Below, piece after piece: positions 18,812-28,234 of a DNA stretch of 64,000 nt. Origin of the DNA: an uncultured Candidatus Saccharibacteria bacterium. Lineage in GTDB: Bacteria > Patescibacteriota > Minisyncoccia > UBA6257 > 2-01-FULL-56-20. Both the position numbers and the translations under genes were made by a program. The notes under the pieces were generated by a model, which saw only the letters and a program-made list of their open reading frames with translations, searched no databases and was not told the DNA's origin. Every line of letters begins with the position of its first letter. The first letter of the stretch is position 1. The DNA lies in NCBI GenBank assembly GCA_964387675.1, contig CAYLWL010000002.1, forward strand, positions 22,514 through 86,513, read 5' to 3'.

Positions 18812-20038
18812 ATGCTCCAGTCCAAACTTTTCACCAAAGTACAGCGCACTCCGCCCAAAGACGAAGTGGCCTTGAACGCCCAACTTCTCGAGCGGGCCGG
18901 TTTCGTTTTTAAGAATTCCGCGGGAATTTATTCGTATCTGCCGCTCGGCTGGCGGGTTCTGCGGAAGATCGTCTCTATCATCAGGGAAGAGATGGATGTC
19001 ATCGGCGGGCAGGAACTTTTGATGCCGGCTTTGGTCGAGAAGAAGTATTGGGATGCCACGGGCCGTTGGGATGTAGAAGTGGGCTTCGAAGTGCGCGGTA
19101 AAAAAGAAGAAAAAGCCAATTTTGTGCTCGGATGGTCGCACGAAGACCTCTTGACCGCGATCATCGCCCGATACGTGAGTTCTTATAAAGACCTGCCATT
19201 CGCGGCATATCAGATACAAACAAAGTTCAGAAACGAACCGCGCGCGAAATCTGGCCTTCTCCGCGGCCGGGAATTTATGATGAAGGACTTATACAGCTTC
19301 CACACCTCCGAGGAGGACTTAATGGATTACTACAAAACGGTTGCCGAGGCGTATCACAGGATTTTCCGGAAATGCGGCTTGAAAGCGATTTACACGCTTG
19401 CGGCCGGCGGGGATTTTACAATCAGCAACACGCACGAATTCCAGGTTGTGGCCGATGTGGGCGAAGATACGATTTTTGTTTGTGAGAAATGCGAGTACGC
19501 CGAAAACAACGAAATATCAAAACTAAAAAATGTCAATACATGCCCTCAATGTGGCGGTGAAGTGAAAGAAGAAAAATCCATAGAAATCGGAAACATTTTT
19601 CCCTTGGGCACAAAGTATTCCAACGCGCTCAAGCTCCAATTTACGAACGAAGACGGCGCGAAAAAGCCGGTGGTGATGGGTTCATACGGCATAGGTCTTG
19701 ACCGCTTAATGGCCACCGTCGTCGAGATTCATCATGACAAAGACGGCATTGTCTGGCCGGAATCGGTTGCGCCGTTTCGGGTGCATTTGGTGGCCTTGAA
19801 CGGAGCCGATGGCCGCGACGTTTACGAGTCATTGCAAAAAGCATCGGTCGAAGTTCTGTACGACGACAGGGATATGTCTGCCGGAGAAAAATTCGCCGAG
19901 GCGGATCTTTTGGGAATCCCGTGGCGGGTGATAGTGAGTCCCAAACTCGGCGATAAGGTGGAGGTCAAGAGAAGAGACGAAAAAGAAGCCAAGATTATGA
20001 GCAAGGACGAATTGCTTAAAATCTTAAATGGAAGATAA
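18812..20038 (+). CDS. proS: proline-tRNA ligase (short form without insertion editing domain)
   Basis: GIYSYLPLG, QIQTKFRNE.R...GLLRGREF.MKD.YSF, MGSYGIG; start MLQSK at 18812. Confidence 0.95.
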   Translation: MLQSKLFTKVQRTPPKDEVALNAQLLERAGFVFKNSAGIYSYLPLGWRVLRKIVSIIREEMDVIGGQELLMPALVEKKYWDATGRWDVEVGFEVRGKKEEKANFVLGWSHEDLLTAIIARYVSSYKDLPFAAYQIQTKFRNEPRAKSGLLRGREFMMKDLYSFHTSEEDLMDYYKTVAEAYHRIFRKCGLKAIYTLAAGGDFTISNTHEFQVVADVGEDTIFVCEKCEYAENNEISKLKNVNTCPQCGGEVKEEKSIEIGNIFPLGTKYSNALKLQFTNEDGAKKPVVMGSYGIGLDRLMATVVEIHHDKDGIVWPESVAPFRVHLVALNGADGRDVYESLQKASVEVLYDDRDMSAGEKFAEADLLGIPWRVIVSPKLGDKVEVKRRDEKEAKIMSKDELLKILNGR

Positions 20039-20471
20039 TACCAAAACCAAAACCGGGAAGATAAAGGCGCTGATAGATCAGAACAATCTGGCCGTGTTGT
20101 CCACCGTAACTTCAGAAAACACATCAGAATCAGCCGTGGTGGAGATTTCAGCACGTGAGAATCTCGAACTGATATTCGACACACTGCCGACCTTCCGGAA
20201 GTATAATAACCTCAAGAGTAACCAGAATGTCTCGGTGGTGATCGGATGGGAACCCGCAACGATACAATACGAAGGAGTTGCGATGGAATTAGGCGGCAAG
20301 GAGCTTGAGGAATATAAGCAAGTACACTTCGCGAAGTTTCCCGAGGCGGTGAAATTTGAGAAACTGGGGATTAAATTTTTCAAAATAATCCCAAAGTGGA
20401 TACGTTACACAGATGTTTTTCGGCAGCCATGGGAAGTTTTTGAAATAAGCACCCCGCAACTTAACGAATAA
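20028..20471 (+). CDS. pyridoxamine 5'-phosphate oxidase family protein
   Basis: AVLSTV, RKYNNL..N.NVSVVI, IQYEG.A. Confidence 0.75.
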   Translation: MEDNTKTKTGKIKALIDQNNLAVLSTVTSENTSESAVVEISARENLELIFDTLPTFRKYNNLKSNQNVSVVIGWEPATIQYEGVAMELGGKELEEYKQVHFAKFPEAVKFEKLGIKFFKIIPKWIRYTDVFRQPWEVFEISTPQLNE

Positions 20472-20491
20472 GTAGCATAAGTTTTTTTGTT

Positions 20492-20529
20492 ACCACATTC
20501 TCACATCCTTAAGAATGTGAGAATGTGGT
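20492..20529. repeat. near-perfect 38-bp palindrome
   Basis: ACCACATTCTCACATCCTTAAGAATGTGAGAATGTGGT, one mismatch. Confidence 0.8.
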
Positions 20530-20620
20530 GCGTGCAAAAAGGGTTGGGTTGGGGCCGATGACCTTGTTCGGCCCCCTTGCCCAAAACCTCCTTATCTGGT
20601 AAGGTATTGGCATCAATCCT

Positions 20621-21664
20621 ATGCGTTTTTTAGCATCTATTTTTAAAGACATCGCCGTCGATCTTGGGACGGCGAACTCTCTTGTGTACCTGAAGGGCCG
20701 CGGGCTTGTGGTGAACGAGCCGACGGTTGCGGCGGTGAACAGCAAGACCAACAAAATTCTGGCGGTGGGAGAAGAAGCCAAGAAGATGCTCGGGCGAACC
20801 CCCGCGCACATCAATGTTATCCGTCCGCTCGTGAACGGCGTGATTTCCGATTTCGAAATGACGAGGGAATTCTTGCGCGAGCTTCTCGGCCGTTTGAGAA
20901 CGAATCCAGTCGTGAGTTACAAGAAAGCGATCCTTGCCATCCCGAGTAATTTGACGGAAGTCGAGAGAAAATCCGTGGAAGACGCCGCGCTTTCGGCGGG
21001 ATGTTCTCGGGTATATCTTGCGGAATCCATTATTGCCGCCGCCCTGGGGGCGGATCTTCCCATTACGGCGCCCGTTGGGAGCTTAATCGTCGATATCGGC
21101 GGCGGAACGACGGATATCGCCGTCATATCTCTCGGCGGCACGGTTGTTTCGAAAACGCTGAAGATCGCCGGAGACAGGTTTAACGAAGATATCATAAGAT
21201 TCGTGCGGGATGAATTCCGCCTGGCAATCGGAGAACCGACAGCGGAGTACGCGAAAATCGCCGTTGGTTCCGCCGTGCCGATCGACGAGAGGATGGAGGT
21301 TTCGATACGGGGAAGGGACTTTGCAACGGGTCTTCCCCGGGAAGTAACGATCAAAAGCAATCAGGTGCGGACCGCTCTCGGCAAATCTTTGCATTCAATC
21401 ACCGAATCATTGCGGGAAGCGATCGAAGAAACGCCGGCTGAACTGGTGGGTGATATGCTGAACGAAGGGATTTACGTGTGCGGCGGCGGCGCCCTTTTGC
21501 GAGGGCTTGATCAGATGATCAGCAAGGAGGTCGGCGTTTCGGTGAAAATCGTGGATGACCCTTTGACCTGCGCCGCGAGGGGTTTGGGCCGGATGATTGA
21601 CGGTTTTGAGTCCCAGAGGCATTTTCTCGATAATCCCCCGAAGCCCTTTTCGATCAATCTCTAA
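20621..21664 (+). CDS. mreB: rod shape-determining protein MreB
   Basis: DLGTANS, DIGGGTTD, GGGALL. Confidence 0.95.
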   Translation: MRFLASIFKDIAVDLGTANSLVYLKGRGLVVNEPTVAAVNSKTNKILAVGEEAKKMLGRTPAHINVIRPLVNGVISDFEMTREFLRELLGRLRTNPVVSYKKAILAIPSNLTEVERKSVEDAALSAGCSRVYLAESIIAAALGADLPITAPVGSLIVDIGGGTTDIAVISLGGTVVSKTLKIAGDRFNEDIIRFVRDEFRLAIGEPTAEYAKIAVGSAVPIDERMEVSIRGRDFATGLPREVTIKSNQVRTALGKSLHSITESLREAIEETPAELVGDMLNEGIYVCGGGALLRGLDQMISKEVGVSVKIVDDPLTCAARGLGRMIDGFESQRHFLDNPPKPFSINL

Positions 21665-21672
21665 ACGCGGAT

Positions 21673-22332
21673 ATGAGAAAAGATGCCGCAGTTCCGGTCG
21701 TACTCATCGCCTTTTTATTATTTCTTATTCTTTTCAAACCGTTTTACGGCTGGTGGTTGAGGAATTTTTTCGCGCCGAACCCGGGAGAGGGGGTCAATCT
21801 CGACGCGCGTTTGGAGAACGAAGCATTGAAAGCGGAAATTGCGAAGCTTAATGTGCTCTCTCAAAATCCAACAAGGCGCCCAGGGTATGTATCGGCGATC
21901 GTTTACTCGCGCTATCCCTTTAATTTTAAAAACGAAATTCTGATCAACAAAGGAAAGAACGACGGCGTTCTCGTGGGTAGCCCCGTTTTCTTTGGCGCCG
22001 TTTTACTCGGCCGAATCGAAAAAGTGTTCAATGACGACGCGTTGGTCCAAACCGTTTTCGACGACAGGTTCCAGCTTTCGGCGGGAATCGGAAATTCGGG
22101 AGTGAAGGCGCTTTTCAAAGGGGGCTCCTTGCCAAAATTATCTTTGATTCCTCTTGCTCCGCCGATTGCGGAAGGAGACATCGTGTATTCTGTTTCGCCG
22201 GATTTTCCGTATGGCGCGCCGATTGGCGAGGTGCGTAACCCCGCGTTTTCATCGGATCGCCTTTTTCGAGAGGCCTCTCTGCGTTTTTCTTATGACCTCG
22301 GCGAAGTAAAAACTGTTTTGGTGAAAAAATGA
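21673..22332 (+). CDS. mreC: rod shape-determining protein MreC
   Basis: Transmembrane helix, coiled coil, INKGKNDGV, GD.VYS...P.G..IG.V; synteny. Confidence 0.85.
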   Translation: MRKDAAVPVVLIAFLLFLILFKPFYGWWLRNFFAPNPGEGVNLDARLENEALKAEIAKLNVLSQNPTRRPGYVSAIVYSRYPFNFKNEILINKGKNDGVLVGSPVFFGAVLLGRIEKVFNDDALVQTVFDDRFQLSAGIGNSGVKALFKGGSLPKLSLIPLAPPIAEGDIVYSVSPDFPYGAPIGEVRNPAFSSDRLFREASLRFSYDLGEVKTVLVKK

Positions 22333-22766
22333 TGACCTCCAGATTGTTGATTGCCATTGCTATTTTGCTCACCGCGTTGTTTTTGCAGATTGCTTTCGGG
22401 GACGTCTTGAATATATGGACTGGTCTTGTTTTGGCCGCGTTGATCGCGGGAGTATTCTTTTTGAGTATTCCCGAACTCATATGCGTCATCTTGGCGGCCG
22501 TTTTGATTTTGAACTGGCAGCCGGCATGGAGTTCGGAGATTTTTGTTTTTTCCGTTATTCCGATAACGGCATATTTCGTAAAAACCATTATCCCTTTTCA
22601 GCCGTTCTTGAGCAATCTCTTATTGATTGGTGCCGCCGTCGTATTCTTCTACGCGCTCTTTGATCCCGGCGTGATTTTGCACCGGTTTGGTTTGTTGGCG
22701 TTAGATGCCGGGGCAAGCATGATATACGGCGGAGCGGCATTCTGGATCCTAAAAATGCAAAGTTGA
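22329..22766 (+). CDS. membrane protein, MreD-like
   Basis: Hydrophobic 145 aa between mreC and PBP2. Confidence 0.6.
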   Translation: MMTSRLLIAIAILLTALFLQIAFGDVLNIWTGLVLAALIAGVFFLSIPELICVILAAVLILNWQPAWSSEIFVFSVIPITAYFVKTIIPFQPFLSNLLLIGAAVVFFYALFDPGVILHRFGLLALDAGASMIYGGAAFWILKMQS

Positions 22767-22881
22767 AATATCAAAATAGGAAATGACAATGTAAAATGTT
22801 CCAATTGACCTTTTTAACCCGTTCATTTTTTAACTTTGCGCTGTCATTTTGAACTTTGATTTTTGCATTTTGAACTTTTGA
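22751..22881. repeat. degenerate heptamer inverted-repeat hairpin (CAAAAT/ATTTTG type)
   Basis: aaaatgc-aaagttg-aaatatc-aaaatagg-aaatgac versus gtcattttgaactttgatttttgcattttg. Confidence 0.7.
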
Positions 22882-22883
22882 TT

Positions 22884-24773
22884 ATGTTTTCCAAAAAAGG
22901 AGAAAAAGATGTCGCTTTTGAGGACTCTTTGGGCGATGATTGGTCGAGCGACCTCGACGTGGTGGAGGTGCCGATTGATAACCGTTCGCTGTGGTATCTC
23001 GGGATCGTTCTTTTTTCGGTGGGAGCGGTGTTTCTTGGGAGGGTGTTCTATCTCAACTTTCTCCTTAGCGATGCGTATCGGACGAGGTCTGAATTCAACG
23101 CTCACGCGTATGAATTGACGGTGGCGCCGCGAGGCCTGATTTCGGACAGGAGCGGCAGAACGCTGGCCGATAACGTCGGAAGCTTCTCCTTGTTTTTGAA
23201 TGCCAAGGAATTCTTGAAGGGCGGTGCATTGCAAGAGAAAACGCTCCAGGCGCTTGAGAATGTGCTGTATCTTCCGAGAAGCGAGGTTTTGGGTTTGATA
23301 CAGGCCGCGAGTGACGAAGATTTCGTGAGGCCGGTGGTGCTCTCCGAAGACTTGACCCAAGACCAGCTTGTCGGGCTTGAAGGATTGAATCTGGCATCTC
23401 TTGCCATCGAGAGTTCCTTTAAGAGGCGATACGCGAGCGGCCCCGTTTTCGCGCCGATTCTCGGGTACGTGGGAAGAACCAACTCGAAAGATTTGAAGAG
23501 CGCCGCCAATCTGAGTAGCCGTGACGTTGTCGGCCGTTCGGGAATCGAGGAGTTTTACGACAAGGAACTGCGAGGGGAATCCGGCACGATCGTCAAGCTG
23601 AAAAATGCCAAGGGCTCGACCCTGCTCCAAAGCAAGATGAACGAGCCGCGTATCGGAAAATCTTTGCGCCTCACGATAGACGGAGAGTTCCAGGAATATT
23701 TCTATGCGCGATTGAGGGACGCTTTGCGGTCTTTGGGAAGAAACGTCGGCGTGGGTATGGCTATGAATCCGCAAAACGGAGAAATTCTCGCCATGGTCAG
23801 CTTGCCGAGTTTTGATAACAACGTTTTAAGCGTTGCCGGCCACCGGAGCGAGAAAGAGCAGGTTCTGAATTCGGAGCACAAGCCGCTCTTTAACCGGTTC
23901 GTGAGCGGCCTGTATACCCCGGGTTCGACGATAAAACCGCTCGTGGGGGTCGCGGCCCTCCATGAAAAAGTAATAGACCCGAAGAAAGAAATCTTTTCTC
24001 CCGGATACCTTGACGTGCCGAATCCGTACGACCCGGAACATCCGACGCGCTTCCTCGACTGGCGTTACCAGGGGAATGTCGATATGTCTTCCGCGATCGC
24101 GCAGTCATCGAACGTTTACTTTTACACGGTCGGCGGCGGCGCCCTCGACGTGAAGGGCTTGGGAATTTCGAAGCTCGAAGAATGGTGGCAAAGATTCGGT
24201 TTGGGCAAGATCACGGGGATCGACTTGCCAAGGGAAGAAAGCGGGTTTCTGCCCTCTCCGGACTGGAAGGAGCGGAGAACAAAAAAACCGTGGCTTTTGG
24301 GCGATACCTATAACGTTTCCATCGGACAAGGCGATCTTTTATTGACCCCTATCCAGCTTTTGAACTATATAACTGCCTTCGCGAATGGCGGGAAAATGTA
24401 TCAGCCGGTTGTCAATCTCGACGCGGCGCATCCGAACGTACTCGCGGATTTGTCCTCGCTCAAGAAAGAAATCGACGAAGTGAGGAAGGGAATGCGGGAA
24501 GCGGTCACCTCCCCTATGGGTACGGCTTACAAACTGAACGACCTCGGTTTTACGATCGGAGCAAAGACAGGAAGCGCCCAGGTGAAAAACAACGCGCAAG
24601 AGAACGCTCTCTTTGTCGGTTTCGCGCCGTTCGATCCGTCGCCTCACGGGCGGCAGATAGCGATTCTGGTTCTCATCGAAAACTCTCTGGAGGGCAGTTT
24701 GAATGCCGTTCCGGTGGCGAAAGATGTTTTAAATTGGTATTATTGGAACAGGATAAGTAGTAATCGCGAATAA
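22884..24773 (+). CDS. mrdA: penicillin-binding protein 2
   Basis: APRGLI.DR, PGSTIK (SxxK), SSN, KTG; follows mreBCD. Confidence 0.9.
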   Translation: MFSKKGEKDVAFEDSLGDDWSSDLDVVEVPIDNRSLWYLGIVLFSVGAVFLGRVFYLNFLLSDAYRTRSEFNAHAYELTVAPRGLISDRSGRTLADNVGSFSLFLNAKEFLKGGALQEKTLQALENVLYLPRSEVLGLIQAASDEDFVRPVVLSEDLTQDQLVGLEGLNLASLAIESSFKRRYASGPVFAPILGYVGRTNSKDLKSAANLSSRDVVGRSGIEEFYDKELRGESGTIVKLKNAKGSTLLQSKMNEPRIGKSLRLTIDGEFQEYFYARLRDALRSLGRNVGVGMAMNPQNGEILAMVSLPSFDNNVLSVAGHRSEKEQVLNSEHKPLFNRFVSGLYTPGSTIKPLVGVAALHEKVIDPKKEIFSPGYLDVPNPYDPEHPTRFLDWRYQGNVDMSSAIAQSSNVYFYTVGGGALDVKGLGISKLEEWWQRFGLGKITGIDLPREESGFLPSPDWKERRTKKPWLLGDTYNVSIGQGDLLLTPIQLLNYITAFANGGKMYQPVVNLDAAHPNVLADLSSLKKEIDEVRKGMREAVTSPMGTAYKLNDLGFTIGAKTGSAQVKNNAQENALFVGFAPFDPSPHGRQIAILVLIENSLEGSLNAVPVAKDVLNWYYWNRISSNRE

Positions 24774-24866
24774 CGCGAATGAACTAACCGCTAATAACGC
24801 GAATATACAAAATTTAAATAACGCCAATCATTCGCGTTATTAATTTAAAGATTCGAGTTATTCGCG
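24763..24866. repeat. 9-nt-period inverted-repeat hairpin (CGCGAATAA type)
   Basis: cgcgaataa-cgcgaatga...cgctaataa-cgcgaat versus attcgcgttatt...attcgagttattcgcg. Confidence 0.75.
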
Positions 24867-24875
24867 AACACTCCC

Positions 24876-25862
24876 ATGTCTGAACTTCGTCAAGACCCGG
24901 TTTCCGGCGATTGGATTATCGTCGCGCCGGATAGAATAAAAAGGCCGCATGAACTTTTTAAGAAGAGGACTCCGCGTCGGCCGTCGTCGATACGAACGTG
25001 CCCTTTTGAAGACGCGCGCATCAGGAAGTCGAGCCAGTGGCCGCCGATGGTAAGCTCTCCGAGCGAGGAAAACTGGCGTGTTATCATTACGCAGAATAAA
25101 TATCCGGCGCTCACTCATATCGCGGGTTGCGCGTCTCTCGGAAGACTTGGCCCCCACAACTCGATGACCGGCACGGGAGAGCATGACTTGGTGATCACTC
25201 GTGATCATAAGAAAAATTTTGCCGATTTGTCTCCGGCCGGAGCGCTCGAGGTTCTTAAAATCATTCAAGAACGGTACAAAATGTTGGCGCGCGACAGGTG
25301 CAACCTCTATGCCTCGACTTTTTTCAACTGGGGAGTTGCGGCGGGGGCATCGGTGTATCATCCTCATTATCAGATTCTGACATTGCCGATCGTGCCGCCC
25401 GACGTTTCACACTCTTTGAATGGTTCAAGGCGTTATTTCCAAAAACACAAGAGATGCGTCCATTGCGTTCTGCTCGCGTTCGACCTCAAAGAGAAAAAGA
25501 GAATTGTCGATGAGGACGCATTGGCTGTTTCCGTTGCGCCTCGTGTTTCGAGAGTACCGTTCGAGATGAGGGTTTTTCCGAAAAAGCATTTGCCCTATTT
25601 CGAGCGGACGTCCGATCGCGATTTGAAAGACGTGGCCGCGGTTTTGCAAAAAACGTTGCGGCGCATCAAGAGGTACCTCAAAGACCCCGATTTGAACTTT
25701 TTCATCCACACCGCCCCCTTCGAAAGCCGCTATGATTATTATCATTGGCACATAGAGATTACTCCCAAGATTTCCATTTGGGGCGGATTTGAGCTCGGTA
25801 CGGGTATCGATATCAACGTAGTGGATCCCGCGACGGCCGCCGCGATGCTCAAAGGAAAGTAA
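24876..25862 (+). CDS. galT: galactose-1-phosphate uridylyltransferase family protein (GalT/HIT)
   Basis: ELRQDP, CPF, NKYPAL, AGASVYHPHYQ, HWHIEI.P, GFELGTG. Confidence 0.85.
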   Translation: MSELRQDPVSGDWIIVAPDRIKRPHELFKKRTPRRPSSIRTCPFEDARIRKSSQWPPMVSSPSEENWRVIITQNKYPALTHIAGCASLGRLGPHNSMTGTGEHDLVITRDHKKNFADLSPAGALEVLKIIQERYKMLARDRCNLYASTFFNWGVAAGASVYHPHYQILTLPIVPPDVSHSLNGSRRYFQKHKRCVHCVLLAFDLKEKKRIVDEDALAVSVAPRVSRVPFEMRVFPKKHLPYFERTSDRDLKDVAAVLQKTLRRIKRYLKDPDLNFFIHTAPFESRYDYYHWHIEITPKISIWGGFELGTGIDINVVDPATAAAMLKGK

Positions 25863-25874
25863 TCATCAAGAAGT

Positions 25875-26228
25875 ATGAACATGTTGAGCAAGGACGGCAT
25901 TTTGAAATTCAGGATCGTTTACTCAATGTTTCTTTTTGATTTCGCTTTGGTTCTCGGCGGTGTGCTGTGGGCTTATTTCTCTCTACGAAACGCGAGCGGG
26001 CCGGTGGTCATCCACTTTAACGACATTGCCGGCATCAACCGTATCGGAAGTTTCTGGGACGTGGTTGGAATCGGCGTAACGGGCCTTGCCATAGTCGTTC
26101 TTAACTTATTTATAGCTCTCGAGTTCGAAAAAAGAGACCGATTTTGGGGGAAGCTGGCGGCCGCTTTCACGGTCGTTGTGAGCATCTTGATTTTTATAGC
26201 GTTAGCGGCTATCATATCTGTAAACTAA
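25875..26228 (+). CDS. hypothetical membrane protein
   Basis: Three hydrophobic segments, IHFN...GI motif. Confidence 0.7.
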   Translation: MNMLSKDGILKFRIVYSMFLFDFALVLGGVLWAYFSLRNASGPVVIHFNDIAGINRIGSFWDVVGIGVTGLAIVVLNLFIALEFEKRDRFWGKLAAAFTVVVSILIFIALAAIISVN

Positions 26229-26307
26229 GAAAGTAGAAATGAGATATGAGAAATGAGGAACGCGTGCCCCTAGCCCCTAATCTCTCATTTCTAATTTCTC
26301 GTCTCTA
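26227..26307. repeat. empty heptamer hairpin (GAGA(A/T)AT type) before rplU
   Basis: aagaaag-tagaaat-gagatat-gagaaat-gagg versus ccta-atctctc-atttcta-atttctc-gtctcta. Confidence 0.85.
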
Positions 26308-26312
26308 AACCA

Positions 26313-26618
26313 ATGTTTGCCATCATCGAGACCGGAGGGAAACAATATAAAGTTTCTCCCGGCAGTAAAATTAAGGTTGAGAAATTAGCGGCCGACGCGG
26401 GTGCGAGTTTTTCGTTCGACAAGGTGCTTTTGGTGGCTGATGGGGATGCCGTGAAAATCGGCGCGCCGTACGTGAGCGGCGCGAAAGTAGAAGCCAAAGT
26501 TTTGCGCCAGGCCCGCGACAGAAAAAAAATCGTTTTCAAGTATCATTCCAAAACCCGTTATCGCAAGATGAAGGGGCATCGGCAGCCGTTCACGGAACTC
26601 GAGGTGCTTCGGTTTTAA
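26313..26618 (+). CDS. rplU: 50S ribosomal protein L21
   Basis: MFAIIETGGKQYKV...GHRQPFT. Confidence 0.97.
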   Translation: MFAIIETGGKQYKVSPGSKIKVEKLAADAGASFSFDKVLLVADGDAVKIGAPYVSGAKVEAKVLRQARDRKKIVFKYHSKTRYRKMKGHRQPFTELEVLRF

Positions 26619-26679
26619 CTAATGGAAACAATAAGAGGGCGCCACGGTGGCGCCCCATTTTTATTCTCCTCGTGCCGGT

Positions 26680-27027
26680 TTATCGGATGTTGTTCGGCAC
26701 CTTAACGCTGAATTGATTAAGGAAACCGTAAGTCAACGTTGTGCCCCGGATCTTTGCAACGAATTTTCCTCTAGCCTCTTTGCGGGTTTTCCCGGCAGAC
26801 GAAAGCAATGTGCCGCCAACAGAGTTGTCTATCCCCGATAGTGCCCTACCACGCTTGTAAGAAATAGAGCCTTCAAAGAACGGAGAAAGTAAATCGCAAG
26901 CCCATTCCTGTTCTCTTGTGCGGTTTCTACCACGCCGCGAAATAATGCATTTCTCCCTAATCGTCTGTGTAAACACGAGGCGAAATCCATTTCTCCTGGC
27001 GAACGTCTCCAATTTTTGCGCCATCAT
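26680..27027 (-). CDS. hypothetical protein
   Basis: ATGA overlap with the upstream gene's stop; 115 aa. Confidence 0.4.
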   Translation of the reverse strand: MMAQKLETFARRNGFRLVFTQTIREKCIISRRGRNRTREQEWACDLLSPFFEGSISYKRGRALSGIDNSVGGTLLSSAGKTRKEARGKFVAKIRGTTLTYGFLNQFSVKVPNNIR

Positions 27028-27635
27028 CGTCCTCCGTGCTCGTGGCGGTGGCTGAAAACGACATAGACCCTGAATGCGTTTTGTTCGGAGCGCCTGAACT
27101 GGTACGCCGCCGCGGTTGCCACCTTGAATTTCCCCAAGATTCCGAGTGGCAAACTTACGCGCGGTCCGGCGCCGAGAGAATCCAAGCCCCCTTTGTGCAC
27201 GTTTTCGGTTTCGGCACCGATATTGACCTTGCGCCAAACTCCCTCTTCGACGATGACCATATCGTACATGGCCCTTCTGTCAAGGAACGGAGCGGCCTCG
27301 ACATACAAAGACGTTCTCCCGGACTGATACTGGAAACGGTTATCGAGCAGGATCTTTTCGCCTTTGGCGCTCCATTGCCGTTGCACCATTGATTCCAGCC
27401 ACCATTTTTTGTTGTCGCTTCTGTAGCCAATTCCTCCAAAGAGGTTGATATTGTCGGTTCCGTATACTTGGGCGTTGCCAATAACCCATCCCGCGAGAAA
27501 CCAGTTTTGAGCGACATCCGCTTGTTCGTGGAGAATCGTTCGGTTTTGCCAATCCGTAATCTCTTGGGCCTCCAAGCGCGAAGTTGAAAATACAAGCACA
27601 ACTGCGAAAGGCAGTAACCGGAGAAACGATTTCAT
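27024..27635 (-). CDS. secreted beta-strand-rich protein
   Basis: Signal peptide ending LEA-Q, AGAGGTG RBS, alternating aromatic/hydrophobic strands. Confidence 0.65.
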   Translation of the reverse strand: MKSFLRLLPFAVVLVFSTSRLEAQEITDWQNRTILHEQADVAQNWFLAGWVIGNAQVYGTDNINLFGGIGYRSDNKKWWLESMVQRQWSAKGEKILLDNRFQYQSGRTSLYVEAAPFLDRRAMYDMVIVEEGVWRKVNIGAETENVHKGGLDSLGAGPRVSLPLGILGKFKVATAAAYQFRRSEQNAFRVYVVFSHRHEHGGR

Positions 27636-27749
27636 GAATCACCTCTTGGTTATCAAGCGAAGCTGGGTGGATTATAGACGGTCTCAATGATTTTGTCAAC
27701 GACCAAATGAGTTGTTCTGTTTCAATTCGAGGGAATTGGTATAATAAAC

Positions 27750-27830
27750 TAGCAAAGTGCTAAGAGCTAATAGCTGGGGGTTTATCGTCAGCGTTAAAAC
27801 GATTTGCCCTTTGCTCTTTGCCATTAGCCG
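27750..27830. repeat. empty heptamer hairpin (GAGCAAA/TTTGCTC type) forming a probable 5' UTR
   Basis: tagcaaa-gtgctaa-gagctaa-tagc versus tttgccc-tttgctc-tttgcca-ttagc; directly after extended -10 TGGTATAAT (27737-27745). Confidence 0.75.
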
Positions 27831-27835
27831 CAACT

Positions 27836-28234
27836 ATGGACCAACCCTCTCAATCATTTGAACATGAAGCCCTCGAGGCCGATATTAAAGCCCTTGCGCA
27901 GGAAGTCGAGAAACATCGCGAACTTCCGGAGAATAAAGGCGTGAGCGGGCAGGAGTTGTTAAAGAAAGCAATCCGTGCCTTGCCGCCGGTTTCAACCGCG
28001 ACAGAGCCCGTCTCAAAACCCTCACGGCCGAGTCCGCTCCCGCAGTACGCGCAAAGCGCCTCGCCGGAAGTCCGTCTTGAAATCGAGTACTTGATTGACT
28101 TGGCTTTCCACGCCGGTATCGGTAAGGCCTCGGCGGAAGCGAAGAAATCCCCCGATTTCGTGCAAGACGCTTTTCATGACGCCTTGGCCGGAAAACTGTA
28201 CCCGATGTTTCAGGAGAGGGGAATACTTAAATAG
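27836..28234 (+). CDS. hypothetical protein
   Basis: ORF with ...DAFHDALA...L motif; start MDQP. Confidence 0.7.
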   Translation: MDQPSQSFEHEALEADIKALAQEVEKHRELPENKGVSGQELLKKAIRALPPVSTATEPVSKPSRPSPLPQYAQSASPEVRLEIEYLIDLAFHAGIGKASAEAKKSPDFVQDAFHDALAGKLYPMFQERGILK

